Below are positions 18,127-27,196 of a DNA stretch of 64,000 bases, piece by piece (positions within the stretch are counted from its first letter, which is position 1; each line of letters starts with the position of its first letter). A program made the position numbers and the translations under genes. The notes under the pieces are model-generated. The model did no database searches and was not told the origin of the DNA. It saw only the letters and a list, made by a program, of their open reading frames with translations. Location of the stretch: positions 69,737 through 133,736 of the forward strand of contig CAZJPJ010000002.1 in the NCBI GenBank assembly GCA_964548205.1, in the 5' to 3' direction. This stretch comes from an uncultured Candidatus Saccharibacteria bacterium (lineage in GTDB: Bacteria; Patescibacteriota; Minisyncoccia; Phycocordibacterales; WO2-35-19).

Positions 18127-18155
18127 TGGCAAATCAGGGACTCGGTCACCCATAA
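18127..18155 (-). repeat. Degenerate direct copy of the tRNA-Gln variable loop, T-arm and 3' end
   Basis: On the minus strand, ATTATGGGTGACCGAGTCCCTGATTTGCC against the tRNA's GTATTGGGGTTCGAGTCCCTGACCGGCA. It lies ~115 nt 3' of the tRNA. Confidence 0.5.
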
Positions 18156-18266
18156 TTTTGTAGAGCAAAATTTGCTCGACCCCGACTCGGCTACGATTGC
18201 TTCGCAATCGGCTTCGCAGCCTCCGTCTTTCTCGTCCCTGACCGGCAGCTCTCCGCTGCGCTCCGA

Positions 18267-18337
18267 GCTGCCGGTCAGGGACTCGAACCCCAATACTCGC
18301 CTCCAGAGGGCGATGTCCTACCATTAGACGAACCGGC
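18267..18337 (-). tRNA. tRNA-Gln (anticodon CTG)
   Basis: Reverse complement folds with U1-A72 acceptor TGCCGGT/ACCGGCA, D-arm GTCT..GGAC, anticodon stem TCGCC/GGCGA with loop ctCTGga, T-arm TGGGG-TTCGAGT-CCCTG, discriminator G. U1-A72 and G73 are typical of bacterial tRNA-Gln. Confidence 0.8.
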
Positions 18338-18617
18338 AATACGTATAAATATTACATTTTTGCCTGTTTTTTTCCAGTTAAGCTCTTGTTTTGCTTGGGC
18401 TGGACTCTAGACCCACTCTTGTGTATAAAGAAAAAGTGGTAAGATTGGCAGCATAGAAACAAGTAACAAATGAAAAATTTTTCTGAGATATTTATAGCAA
18501 ACCAAGGTGAAGACGTATGGCTGACTCACGGGTTGCACTTGTAAATGGGGAAGTAAAAGAGATGACATACAATGAGTTTAAAATGAGTAATGTTTGAACG
18601 CGTGTTAATATGCATAT

Positions 18618-19046
18618 ATGTTACCTGACGAAAACTCGAAAAAATTTGTGGCAGTTTTGAATAAGAAGGTCGAAGTGGGGAAGCTTATGAATGCGCTTGG
18701 GCATATGACAGCAGGGCTGGCTGGGGGTTTTGGTAAAGGAGATGAAATGAATTTCCTTGAGTATGTTGATAAAGATGGAGGTATTCACCCCAAAATTTCT
18801 CATTTCCCTTTTATCGTTTTAAAAGCAGAAAATTCGAATCAGATTCGAAAGATTAGAAATGAAGCTCTGCAAAGGAGTATTTTGTGTAATGATTTCACAA
18901 GTACTATGACAGTGGGTACTTCAGACGATCAACTGGAAAGAACAAAAAATACCGCAGAGGTAGAACTGGAATATTGGGGAATCTGTATGTTTGGCAATAG
19001 CAATGAGTTGAAAGAATTTACAGGAAAATTTTCTTTATTTAATTGA
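18618..19046 (+). CDS. Hypothetical protein (DUF2000-like small conserved protein)
   Basis: 142 aa. Family assignment is from memory of the KFV.VLNKKVEVGKLMNALGHM pattern and is uncertain. Confidence 0.4.
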   Translation: MLPDENSKKFVAVLNKKVEVGKLMNALGHMTAGLAGGFGKGDEMNFLEYVDKDGGIHPKISHFPFIVLKAENSNQIRKIRNEALQRSILCNDFTSTMTVGTSDDQLERTKNTAEVELEYWGICMFGNSNELKEFTGKFSLFN

Positions 19047-19114
19047 TAATTTTAGAAAATTAGCCTACTAGAGCCCCCATCGTTTTTAATTGTCAAAATG
19101 TTAAAATAACCCCC

Positions 19115-19795
19115 GTGAGTGAGCTTGAGAGAAATTTTCATAAATTTAAGCAAATAACTAAGGAGGAGTCTATTATTGCTGAACAAATCAGAAAGAATAT
19201 CGATATCAAAGATACCGATACGATTTTAGATGTGGGTTGTGCCGACGGTAACCTTTCAAAGTCGTTAACGAAAAATACTTCAAATATCACATTTTTAGAT
19301 GTCGATGAGTTCAATTTCTCCCCGCAGGAAAAGTTTATTAGGTCATCTTTTGAAGAAGTAGAACTAAGTGAGAAGTTTGATGTTATTTTAAGCTCTCATG
19401 TCTGGGGGCATTTTTATAGGAACAATACTTTTGTTTTTTGCTTTCACAAAGCACTCGATTTGCTTAAAGAAAATGGGAAGCTGATCGTAGTACATAACTC
19501 AAACAAAGATTTTATAGGCAAGCTTATCGAATTTTCAAAAACACTTTTTGATCAGATAGAGTTTGATGTCTTTCTTGATGAGTTTCTAGAGAATGTAGAG
19601 TATAAAGAGTCTTACTTTGATGTGAGTTTTAAAGCTGAGACATTCAAAGAACTAGCCGAGCTCGTACAGGTACTCTTGGTTGTCCCGGACAATATCTATT
19701 ACTCAAAAATAGAAGAGGTGACCAAATTTTTAGAGACTAATCTTAAAAAACCAGAATTTCCTATCAATCAGAGGTTATTGATAATAGAGAAGTAA
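19115..19795 (+). CDS. Class I SAM-dependent methyltransferase
   Basis: Motif I ILDVGCADGNLS, acidic residue after beta-2 (FLDVDE), Rossmann-like layout. Confidence 0.65.
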   Translation: MSELERNFHKFKQITKEESIIAEQIRKNIDIKDTDTILDVGCADGNLSKSLTKNTSNITFLDVDEFNFSPQEKFIRSSFEEVELSEKFDVILSSHVWGHFYRNNTFVFCFHKALDLLKENGKLIVVHNSNKDFIGKLIEFSKTLFDQIEFDVFLDEFLENVEYKESYFDVSFKAETFKELAELVQVLLVVPDNIYYSKIEEVTKFLETNLKKPEFPINQRLLIIEK

Positions 19796-19870
19796 ATATT
19801 TGCATTGGAGACTGCGTCATTTGAATTATCAGAAAAACAATGTATATTGAGTAAAGGAGGTACACCCTAA

Positions 19871-20104
19871 ATGTCCAAGAGAATTCGCTTGGCAGATCTT
19901 CCTGCTACGCATTTAGTGAATCGTTATACCCAGATAGTTAGACGTTGTTGGGAAGAGTATCAAAAGCATAATAAGGCGAACAGAAAGCCTTTACATGGTG
20001 GCCATGATCCTTTCTACCAGAGGGAACTTGCAGTCAAAAGGGAAATACTCCGGCGTCTAGGAGTCGAACCTGATCGCACGGGTGCCAAAAAGAGAAAAAA
20101 GTAA
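19871..20104 (+). CDS. Small basic hypothetical protein
   Basis: 77 aa. Strong SD (aaaggaggt) 7 nt upstream of the ATG. First gene of the GC-rich block. Confidence 0.5.
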   Translation: MSKRIRLADLPATHLVNRYTQIVRRCWEEYQKHNKANRKPLHGGHDPFYQRELAVKREILRRLGVEPDRTGAKKRKK

Positions 20105-20206
20105 CAATTTCAAAAAAAGGCCTGTCTCCGGACCGGCCTTTTCAATTATCAATATAGAATCTAGAGCGTAGCTCGCGGATATGTCCTTATCGCGCTATGC
20201 TATGAT

Positions 20207-20659
20207 TTGCATATGAAAGAAATAACTCTGCATAGGCAATGGGTGATCAGAGCTTCTGTCGAAGAAGTTTTTAAGATAATGACAGACTTTGAAAGCTTGC
20301 CCAAGCATTTCCCCAAAGTGGCTGAGTCGGTGACTATAAGAAAAAGGGAAGGAAATTTTTTGGAAATGGATGCTATGGTAAGATCGTTCGGAAGACTTTT
20401 CCCCGTAAAGATGAGAACAGAGATATTGCCTATGCGGGGCTTTGTTTCAGAAAATGAGAGTCCTAAGTTTGGTACATCTGGCCATGAAGAGCTGTTGCTC
20501 TCTGAGCATGCAGAAGGCGCTCTGGTCGACTACACCTACCAAGTATCCATACACAAACCCTGGCTCCGCCTTGTAGCCACACCACTCATCAAATGGTATT
20601 CGATGAAATTATGGGAAAAGGCAGTGATAGACGAGCTTAAGAAGCTGCTCGAGAAGTAG
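20207..20659 (+). CDS. SRPBCC (START/Bet v1-like, polyketide-cyclase-type) protein
   Basis: 150 aa. N-terminal pattern WVIRASVEEVFKIMTDFESLPKHFP is typical of polyketide_cyc2/SRPBCC ligand-binding proteins. Confidence 0.5.
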   Translation: MHMKEITLHRQWVIRASVEEVFKIMTDFESLPKHFPKVAESVTIRKREGNFLEMDAMVRSFGRLFPVKMRTEILPMRGFVSENESPKFGTSGHEELLLSEHAEGALVDYTYQVSIHKPWLRLVATPLIKWYSMKLWEKAVIDELKKLLEK

Positions 20660-20718
20660 TCTCAGTTTACGGTATTTGACTGCGAGATATTTTATAGTAT
20701 AAAGACTTGGGAGGTCCT

Positions 20719-21054
20719 ATGAGATCATATGAAATTCCGCGGATTCTTTACAATGAGTTGAAGGACGGCAAGCTAACGGTTGAGGGGTTTCCAAACTGCG
20801 AAGCGGTCTTTAGGGAGGATTACCCCAATACTATGTTTTTGGTTTACCTCAAGGGGGCGGCTGCAACCGTCCACTTGGGTGATGATCCTGATTTCCGAAT
20901 CACATCTTCTGGAGCCGGTTCGCCGTGGGTGCGAACAAGCCTTGAGCTTCTTGAACAGTCATCATTCAGGGACATCTATGCGCGAGCCTTAGCGCTCTAC
21001 AAGGAGACTGAAGACTACACTCGCTTTGCCAGATTTCCGCAGAGCAAGGGGTGA
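20719..21054 (+). CDS. Hypothetical protein (GC-rich)
   Basis: Start chosen at MRSYEIP, preceded by gggagg. ORF track gives 20707. No domain recognised. Confidence 0.45.
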   Translation: MRSYEIPRILYNELKDGKLTVEGFPNCEAVFREDYPNTMFLVYLKGAAATVHLGDDPDFRITSSGAGSPWVRTSLELLEQSSFRDIYARALALYKETEDYTRFARFPQSKG

Positions 21055-21142
21055 ATGGCAGGGCGGCGTTCCTACAAGGAACGCCGCCCTTTCTAATGGT
21101 TGATTTTGCTTCTACTTAGTATATATTAACCTCGGAGGTCAC

Positions 21143-21832
21143 ATGAACAATAAGGTAACGCTCATCAGAGTGCCAGCCGCGTTGACGCGTACTCTCGAAG
21201 GGGTTGTCGCAACCAATGAAGACCTTCGAAAGAAGTGTCCTTCTGGGCACGACGTGAAGGTTTCCATCAAAATTTGGTATGCACCCAAAGGGGAGAGAGG
21301 GTTTAGTACCAAATCTGATAAAGTCCCAGTTGGGTTGATGCGAAAGTTGAAAGCCGTCGTCGAAAAAAGCGGGACAGTTCGGAGAAACTGTCCGTTTGAA
21401 CACGATGTCAAACTTTCTGTCTCGGTACAATATGTGCACAAAGGTCCGCCACGCATCGACTTTCGTGCAGAGATGAGGAGAGCGAGAGTTCCCAAGGGTC
21501 CAAAGCTCGTAAGGTCCGAACAGGAGTTTGGTAGCGAGCACTTCGGGATGCTCTTGGGCTCTGCTTTGCACATGAGAGACAAGCGTTTTGTCCTCCTTTT
21601 CCAAGAAAGGGGAAATAGGCCGATGGCGCCTATAGAATGGATGAGGGCGGGATATAATAGGGTATCTCATGTACAGGGGATCAATGCGTTGTGCAGGCGT
21701 CATCGCCTGCCGGCATCTTTCGGCAGGACGGGTCACTATATTATGGAAGATGGCGTCGACTTCGATCGGAGGGAGTTGTACAAATTTTACGTCATGGAAC
21801 CGGCCCGTCGCGGCCGGAAGGCTCGAGAGTAA
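21143..21832 (+). CDS. Hypothetical protein with an internal CP-x-HDVK tandem repeat
   Basis: SD ggaggt before the ATG. Two ~45-aa repeats (KKCPSGHDVKVSIKIWY... / RNCPFEHDVKLSVSVQY...). Overlapping antisense ORFs in this GC-rich stretch are judged spurious. Confidence 0.5.
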   Translation: MNNKVTLIRVPAALTRTLEGVVATNEDLRKKCPSGHDVKVSIKIWYAPKGERGFSTKSDKVPVGLMRKLKAVVEKSGTVRRNCPFEHDVKLSVSVQYVHKGPPRIDFRAEMRRARVPKGPKLVRSEQEFGSEHFGMLLGSALHMRDKRFVLLFQERGNRPMAPIEWMRAGYNRVSHVQGINALCRRHRLPASFGRTGHYIMEDGVDFDRRELYKFYVMEPARRGRKARE

Positions 21833-21900
21833 AATCTCGAGCCTTTTTGATAACCAGTTTATTGGAATTTTCCAGAATATCCTGAGGCTATGCCTCAGGG

Positions 21901-22311
21901 ATGAATGGAAATATAAAACAAGAGCAAGCGGAGCTTGCTCTATACCAACAAAGTTGCCCTGATGTCTCTCGCCTAATACCCCGCCAGTTTACTGAGGGGA
22001 TAGGACGAGAGGCCAACTTTATTATCAAAAATGGTATGATGGGGGGTATGGAAGGAGTAGGTAACAATCCAAATAAAGAGTTCGCAGAGATGACAGAAGA
22101 GCGGATGGGGGAGATAGAAAGGTTGATAGAGGGGGAGTGTAAAAAGGTGGAGATGTATCCTGATGCGGTGTATGACGACATGGCTACGTTTTATGGATTA
22201 GGTCAAGAAGATGAAAGTGCAAAAGGTTACTTTGAAGCGCTTGCCGAAAGGTTAGGAATTACGATAGAAGAAATGCTTAAGTATGCAGAAAAAGTGTATC
22301 TGAGTGAGTAA
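21901..22311 (+). CDS. Hypothetical acidic protein
   Basis: 136 aa, no domain recognised. Last gene of the GC-rich block. Confidence 0.4.
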   Translation: MNGNIKQEQAELALYQQSCPDVSRLIPRQFTEGIGREANFIIKNGMMGGMEGVGNNPNKEFAEMTEERMGEIERLIEGECKKVEMYPDAVYDDMATFYGLGQEDESAKGYFEALAERLGITIEEMLKYAEKVYLSE

Positions 22312-22341
22312 GAGTAATTCAAGAGTAATTATGGTATCGAT

Positions 22342-23493
22342 ATGAATAAAAACGTTTTTTTAATTTTTATTTTAGCCTTCATTTCCTACAGTACCTCTGC
22401 TTTTTTTAGTGCTACATTTGCTCAAGAAGTTTATCAAAGTTATCAAGGTACTTATAAGGCAGAAGTAGTAAATATCTTGGAGCAAGAGGAGAGGTTGATA
22501 CCGGGCACAGATACACCTTATCTTTTTCAAAAAATTGAAGCGGAGGTGTTGGACGGTCCCCAAAAAGGTACCAAGGTGCACATAGAAAATGATTACACAG
22601 AACTCGATGAGGGGGATAGATTTTATTTTAATCACAATGTTTATATAGACGGAAGAGAGATTTATGGCATCACAAACATAGATCGAAGTAGTTCTATATT
22701 TTTGTTGGTAGCTATATTTGTAGGGGTAGTACTATTTTTTGGAGGCAAGCAGGGGGCAAGGTCACTCTTAGCTCTGTCTGGTAGCTTTTTTGCAATATTT
22801 TATATTCTCTTACCCGGACTTGTAAAAGGCTGGGATCCTCTTGTGGCTAGTTCTCTCGTGGCTGGAGCTATACTGTTCGTAGCCATATTCTTTACTCATG
22901 GATTCAACAAAGAGTCTTTGGTTGCCTACGGCGGCACTATGATATCTGTCTTTATTACAAGTCTCTTTGCTGCCTATGCGGTCAACAGTACTGATCTGAC
23001 TGGTTTTGCTAGCGACGAGTCTATATACCTAAACTTCAATACCAAGGGGGCCATAGACTTTGTCGACCTACTACTAGGAGCTATTATCATAGGTGTACTC
23101 GGAGTACTTGATGACATTTCTATTACCCAAGCTGCTGTAGTGACTGAGCTTTATAATAGCAATGAGCAAATGAGCCGGTATGAGGTCTACAGAAGAGCCC
23201 TGCGGGTAGGGCGCGAACATGTCGGAGCTTTGGTCAACACTCTTGTTCTTGCATATGCTGGCACCTCGTTACCTCTACTGCTATTTTTCTATATGTCGCC
23301 CCACGGCTTTATTTCCTCGATAAATTCTGAAGTATTTGCAACTGAAATAGTCCGTACTATTGTTGGTAGTGTCGGGCTCATATTTACGGTACCGGTAGTG
23401 ACTTTGCTTGCTGTTTTCTATCTTAAAGGTTACAAGTCAAAATCAGGACATTCACACCACCACCATCATCATCATGATAACCATAGCCACTGA
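22342..23493 (+). CDS. YibE/F-family membrane protein with C-terminal poly-His tail
   Basis: N-terminal extracytoplasmic domain plus ~7 TM helices typical of YibE/F. C-terminus is SGHSHHHHHHHDNHSH. Confidence 0.65.
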   Translation: MNKNVFLIFILAFISYSTSAFFSATFAQEVYQSYQGTYKAEVVNILEQEERLIPGTDTPYLFQKIEAEVLDGPQKGTKVHIENDYTELDEGDRFYFNHNVYIDGREIYGITNIDRSSSIFLLVAIFVGVVLFFGGKQGARSLLALSGSFFAIFYILLPGLVKGWDPLVASSLVAGAILFVAIFFTHGFNKESLVAYGGTMISVFITSLFAAYAVNSTDLTGFASDESIYLNFNTKGAIDFVDLLLGAIIIGVLGVLDDISITQAAVVTELYNSNEQMSRYEVYRRALRVGREHVGALVNTLVLAYAGTSLPLLLFFYMSPHGFISSINSEVFATEIVRTIVGSVGLIFTVPVVTLLAVFYLKGYKSKSGHSHHHHHHHDNHSH

Positions 23494-23529
23494 CCGTTTA
23501 TAAAAAAGTTCATCTAGTTTGTTGCGCCC

Positions 23530-24246
23530 CTATACTATAGCTATGAGAGTTATACCTATGATTATAAAAATAAATTGCATGGCGCTGCTTACGATTTTTT
23601 TTGTTTTATGAAGTTCTGGTAGCAGGTCAGACATGGCTATATATATGAAGCCTCCGGCTGCTATTGCTAGCAAAGCTGTTTCTAACGATTCTGACACATC
23701 TTCGAATAAAAATATAAAAGTAAGACCGAGTACAGAAGCAAGTGCAGATATGAAATTGTAAAACAAAGCTTTGCTTTTGGAATATCCAGCTTGGAGTAAT
23801 ATAGCAAAGTCGCCTATCTCTTGAGGTATTTCGTGTATTATGACAGCGATAGTAGTAGCTATACCAACCTCAGTACTTAAAAGATAGCTTGCGCCTATTA
23901 TGAGTCCATCAACAAAGTTATGTAAGCCGTCTGATAGTAGTATCAGTTTTCCTACCGGGTGTTCATGTTCGCAGTCTTCGTGGTGGTGCCAATGTATTAC
24001 CTTTTCAAGTATAAAAAATAAAAGTATCCCAACTATTACAAGCAAAGGGGTTGTTTCGCCTAGTACCTCCATTGATTCTGGTATCAAGTGCAAGAATGCA
24101 TTACCAAGCAGAGCTCCGACAGAAAGGCTAACAAGTAGCAGAGAATACTTTTTTATTCGGTTTGATCCTAGTACTAAGGTAACGGCTCCGATCATTGATA
24201 CGAGGCTTACAAATAGAACACTGATAAGTGGGGGATAATAAATCAT
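23530..24246 (-). CDS. zupT: ZIP-family zinc transporter (ZupT-like)
   Basis: HEIPQEIGDFAILL motif and His-rich loop (HWHHHEDCEHEH). Eight TM segments. Confidence 0.8.
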   Translation of the reverse strand: MIYYPPLISVLFVSLVSMIGAVTLVLGSNRIKKYSLLLVSLSVGALLGNAFLHLIPESMEVLGETTPLLVIVGILLFFILEKVIHWHHHEDCEHEHPVGKLILLSDGLHNFVDGLIIGASYLLSTEVGIATTIAVIIHEIPQEIGDFAILLQAGYSKSKALFYNFISALASVLGLTFIFLFEDVSESLETALLAIAAGGFIYIAMSDLLPELHKTKKIVSSAMQFIFIIIGITLIAIV

Positions 24247-24344
24247 TTTGTTAAATATTTTTTAATCAACATCAAATTGTGTAGCCATATTATATTATAC
24301 CCAATTATTTTGGTAATAAAGGGCTTAAATTATATAATTAGTAC

Positions 24345-26195
24345 GTGATTGTGATCAGAAAAAGATATTCTGTCGCTTTTTGGCTTGTTGGAGCCTTTCT
24401 TGTCGCATCTATCATTGGCAATACTGTTACTGTAAAAGCTAATACCTACAATCTTTATTCTACCTCTTGTCTTGGGGGTTGGGAGAATACCAATCTTGCT
24501 GTAGGAAAGCCAGATGTATCACCTGAATCACCCTTGTATAACGAAGGTAATAGCGCACGACTTTCGGGTAATGCTCATGCTCAGATATACTGCGGAGGAT
24601 TCTATGGAGATGTAATCGAAAATACTGTGCCAAAAAAAATATCTGTAAAATTTTCTTGGGCAGTAGAGTATCCAAATTTCGGTGTAAATAATTCAGATTC
24701 AAGTACAGAAGAAGTTTATAGTTCGGATATCATTTCGGAAGACCAAACCGAATCTGAGACATTAAAAACAAGTGAACCTCAAGAAAAAGACCTAGAAATG
24801 AGTTTAGTCGAAGGAGATTCGTTAGATATTGGGGAAGTGCAAGGTGAGAGTATAGAGAGTTATGACGAAGATGAAATAGTGTCAGGAACGGAGGATTTTT
24901 CTAAATCAGAAGAATCACAAAATGAAATAGTTGAAGTCAAAGATGATGAATCCACATTAGATAGTGACAACGGGGGTACTTCTCTGCCGAGTGATATTGA
25001 GGAAAATTTGGCTGTACCCCCTGAACAATCTGAGTCAGTATCTGGAACAGAATTACAACCGGAATCTGATGTTGCATCTGATCCTATTTCTAAGAAAGAT
25101 TTTATGCCCTGGTATATCACTATGTTTGCAAGCATTGCAAATGCGCAAGGGGTAGAAGAAGAAAATACAAACACACAAGAAAGCACAGATTTCGAGGAAT
25201 CCTCTGGGGTCATTATTGAATTAGAGGATAATGCTGAAAATGATGCAAATAATAATATAGCCACAAGTACAAACAATAGCGTAGACAATACCGCTAAATT
25301 TCTCGATGCCCCTTCTGGTCTTGTAGAAGTCTTTTATACTCTAGATGGTATAGATTGGAAGAGTATGGGTTATGTGGGCAGTGATGAATTTCAGGGTAAA
25401 TATTTTGAAATCCCAATAGAAGAGGCTTCGAGTTGGGAAGACATATCAAAGATACAAATAAGTGTTCAAAGTACGTCTATAATAGACGTAAGGATACCTA
25501 CGTTATATTTAGACTCAATATGGATAGAAGTAGACTATGAACTTGGAGAAGTGCAGAAATTAGATGGTCCACATGTTTATGATAAAGATGTAATTATAGA
25601 CCCACAAGCAAAACATTCTTGTGCAGTCAATCCTTCTTCTTTGTCACTTCAGTATGGCACAGATTATAAAGCGATAGTTTCCCTTGCTTTCTCTGGGGAC
25701 CCTAGTCCTACATTAGAAACTGTTAACGGAGATCAAAATGAAAATACTGATGAAAATAATGAACAATCACCCAAACGTACTAGGTTCGGTTTTATCGATA
25801 TAGGCGCTCTACCGCGTGGTATAGATGTGAGGTTTTTTTCAACTACTACTCCGTATAGTTACTTGATTGATGAATATGGCCCAGATAATATTGAGATTAA
25901 CGTAAGTATATATACACAGGATGCACAAAGAGGCTCTTTTAGTATCCCGTTTATTTTTACAAAGACAAAAGGTAAAGATTCATCTACTATTTGCCAACTA
26001 AACCTCATATATTCTCAATCAGATACTGTAATAAATCATGAAGTGGTGCCAACAGAGTCAATAAATTATAGCGATATCCCGGGTGACGTTTTTTTTGAAG
26101 ATGTCTCGCGCGAAAATGACACAGGACGTGAAGATCTTAAACAAGAAATTATTGAAGAAGAAAATCAGGCCGCTATAATTGATCATGATTTATGA
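24345..26195 (+). CDS. Secreted highly acidic protein (signal peptide, Asp/Glu/Ser-rich region, C-terminal beta-rich domain)
   Basis: 616 aa. N-terminal signal/TM segment. Residues ~120-320 are low-complexity acidic. Confidence 0.55.
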   Translation: MIVIRKRYSVAFWLVGAFLVASIIGNTVTVKANTYNLYSTSCLGGWENTNLAVGKPDVSPESPLYNEGNSARLSGNAHAQIYCGGFYGDVIENTVPKKISVKFSWAVEYPNFGVNNSDSSTEEVYSSDIISEDQTESETLKTSEPQEKDLEMSLVEGDSLDIGEVQGESIESYDEDEIVSGTEDFSKSEESQNEIVEVKDDESTLDSDNGGTSLPSDIEENLAVPPEQSESVSGTELQPESDVASDPISKKDFMPWYITMFASIANAQGVEEENTNTQESTDFEESSGVIIELEDNAENDANNNIATSTNNSVDNTAKFLDAPSGLVEVFYTLDGIDWKSMGYVGSDEFQGKYFEIPIEEASSWEDISKIQISVQSTSIIDVRIPTLYLDSIWIEVDYELGEVQKLDGPHVYDKDVIIDPQAKHSCAVNPSSLSLQYGTDYKAIVSLAFSGDPSPTLETVNGDQNENTDENNEQSPKRTRFGFIDIGALPRGIDVRFFSTTTPYSYLIDEYGPDNIEINVSIYTQDAQRGSFSIPFIFTKTKGKDSSTICQLNLIYSQSDTVINHEVVPTESINYSDIPGDVFFEDVSRENDTGREDLKQEIIEEENQAAIIDHDL

Positions 26196-27196
26196 GTATG
26201 GATAGGTCGTCTAAAATTAATAAAAAAAATATTGTAGAAAAATTTACAATGAGGTCAGTGCTAATACTATGCATTGTGCTCCTTGTAATTAGTAATATTA
26301 CAACTTTGGTGCTGTATGTTTTTGGTTCAAGTGAGAGTATAGATCAGTTTAGAGAAAAATATCCTCTGATTGATGTCTCTAGACACTTAATTTCGCAAGA
26401 CCATTTTATTTCAACTCTCCAGCCACTAAGGGAAAGTCTGAATAGTGTTGTCGAGAGGAATGGTAAAGGTGTTATATCTATATATTTCGAATATTTAAAT
26501 ACTGGAGCGAATATATCTATCAATGAGGACCTAAGGATGTTCCCAGCATCATTAGTGAAAGTGCCTCTTGCTATGGCTGTTATGAAAAAGGTGGAGAGAG
26601 GTGATTGGCTTATGCATAACGAACTCGTTCTTATGAAGGAGGATAGAGATTATGCTTGGGGAGATGTGCATAAGCGTCCTATTGGGACACGTATAAGTAT
26701 AGACGATCTTTTACACGAGATGCTCGTATCATCTGATAATACTGCTTTCCGTATGCTTTATCGCAATCTTTCCTTTGATGAATTACAAGATGTTTTGGTG
26801 GCTGTTGGGCTTGAAGAGTTATTTAACGAAGATGGTAAGATCACGGTCAAAGAGTATACTAGACTTTTTCGGGCCTTATATACATCAAGTTATCTTAATC
26901 GAGAAAACTCGCAAAAAATTATTGATATCTTAACCAAGACTTCTTACGATGAATATTTAGGCCAAGGGGTGCCAGATAATGTTTTATTTGCACACAAGAT
27001 AGGTGAGAATGATGAGGCTGAAGTGATACTCGATACCGGTATTGTGTATATAGAAAATAGACCATACCTTATCTCCGTCGCTATTGATTACGGTACTACA
27101 AACATAGGCCGCGATGGAGCTCTCGAGATACTAAAAGAAGTATCCAAGATGAGTTATGATTATATTTTGAATTATGATACGCAAGGTGCTCCGTAA
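26192..27196 (+). CDS. Class A beta-lactamase-like serine hydrolase
   Basis: S-x-x-K (ASLVK), SDN loop (VSSDNTAFRML, compare TEM MSDNTAANLL), and K[T/S]G-like HKIGEN. Membrane-anchored N-terminus. Confidence 0.6.
   Translation: MSMDRSSKINKKNIVEKFTMRSVLILCIVLLVISNITTLVLYVFGSSESIDQFREKYPLIDVSRHLISQDHFISTLQPLRESLNSVVERNGKGVISIYFEYLNTGANISINEDLRMFPASLVKVPLAMAVMKKVERGDWLMHNELVLMKEDRDYAWGDVHKRPIGTRISIDDLLHEMLVSSDNTAFRMLYRNLSFDELQDVLVAVGLEELFNEDGKITVKEYTRLFRALYTSSYLNRENSQKIIDILTKTSYDEYLGQGVPDNVLFAHKIGENDEAEVILDTGIVYIENRPYLISVAIDYGTTNIGRDGALEILKEVSKMSYDYILNYDTQGAP

Noticed and set aside
18121-18339. 72-aa minus-strand ORF
   Set aside because: It coincides with tRNA-Gln and its structured downstream region.
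21116-22181. Several long minus-strand and alternative-frame ORFs (206 aa, 147 aa, 97 aa) overlapping the 229-aa plus-strand gene
   Set aside because: They are artefacts of the high GC content here. Only the plus-strand genes have SD sequences and coherent spacing.
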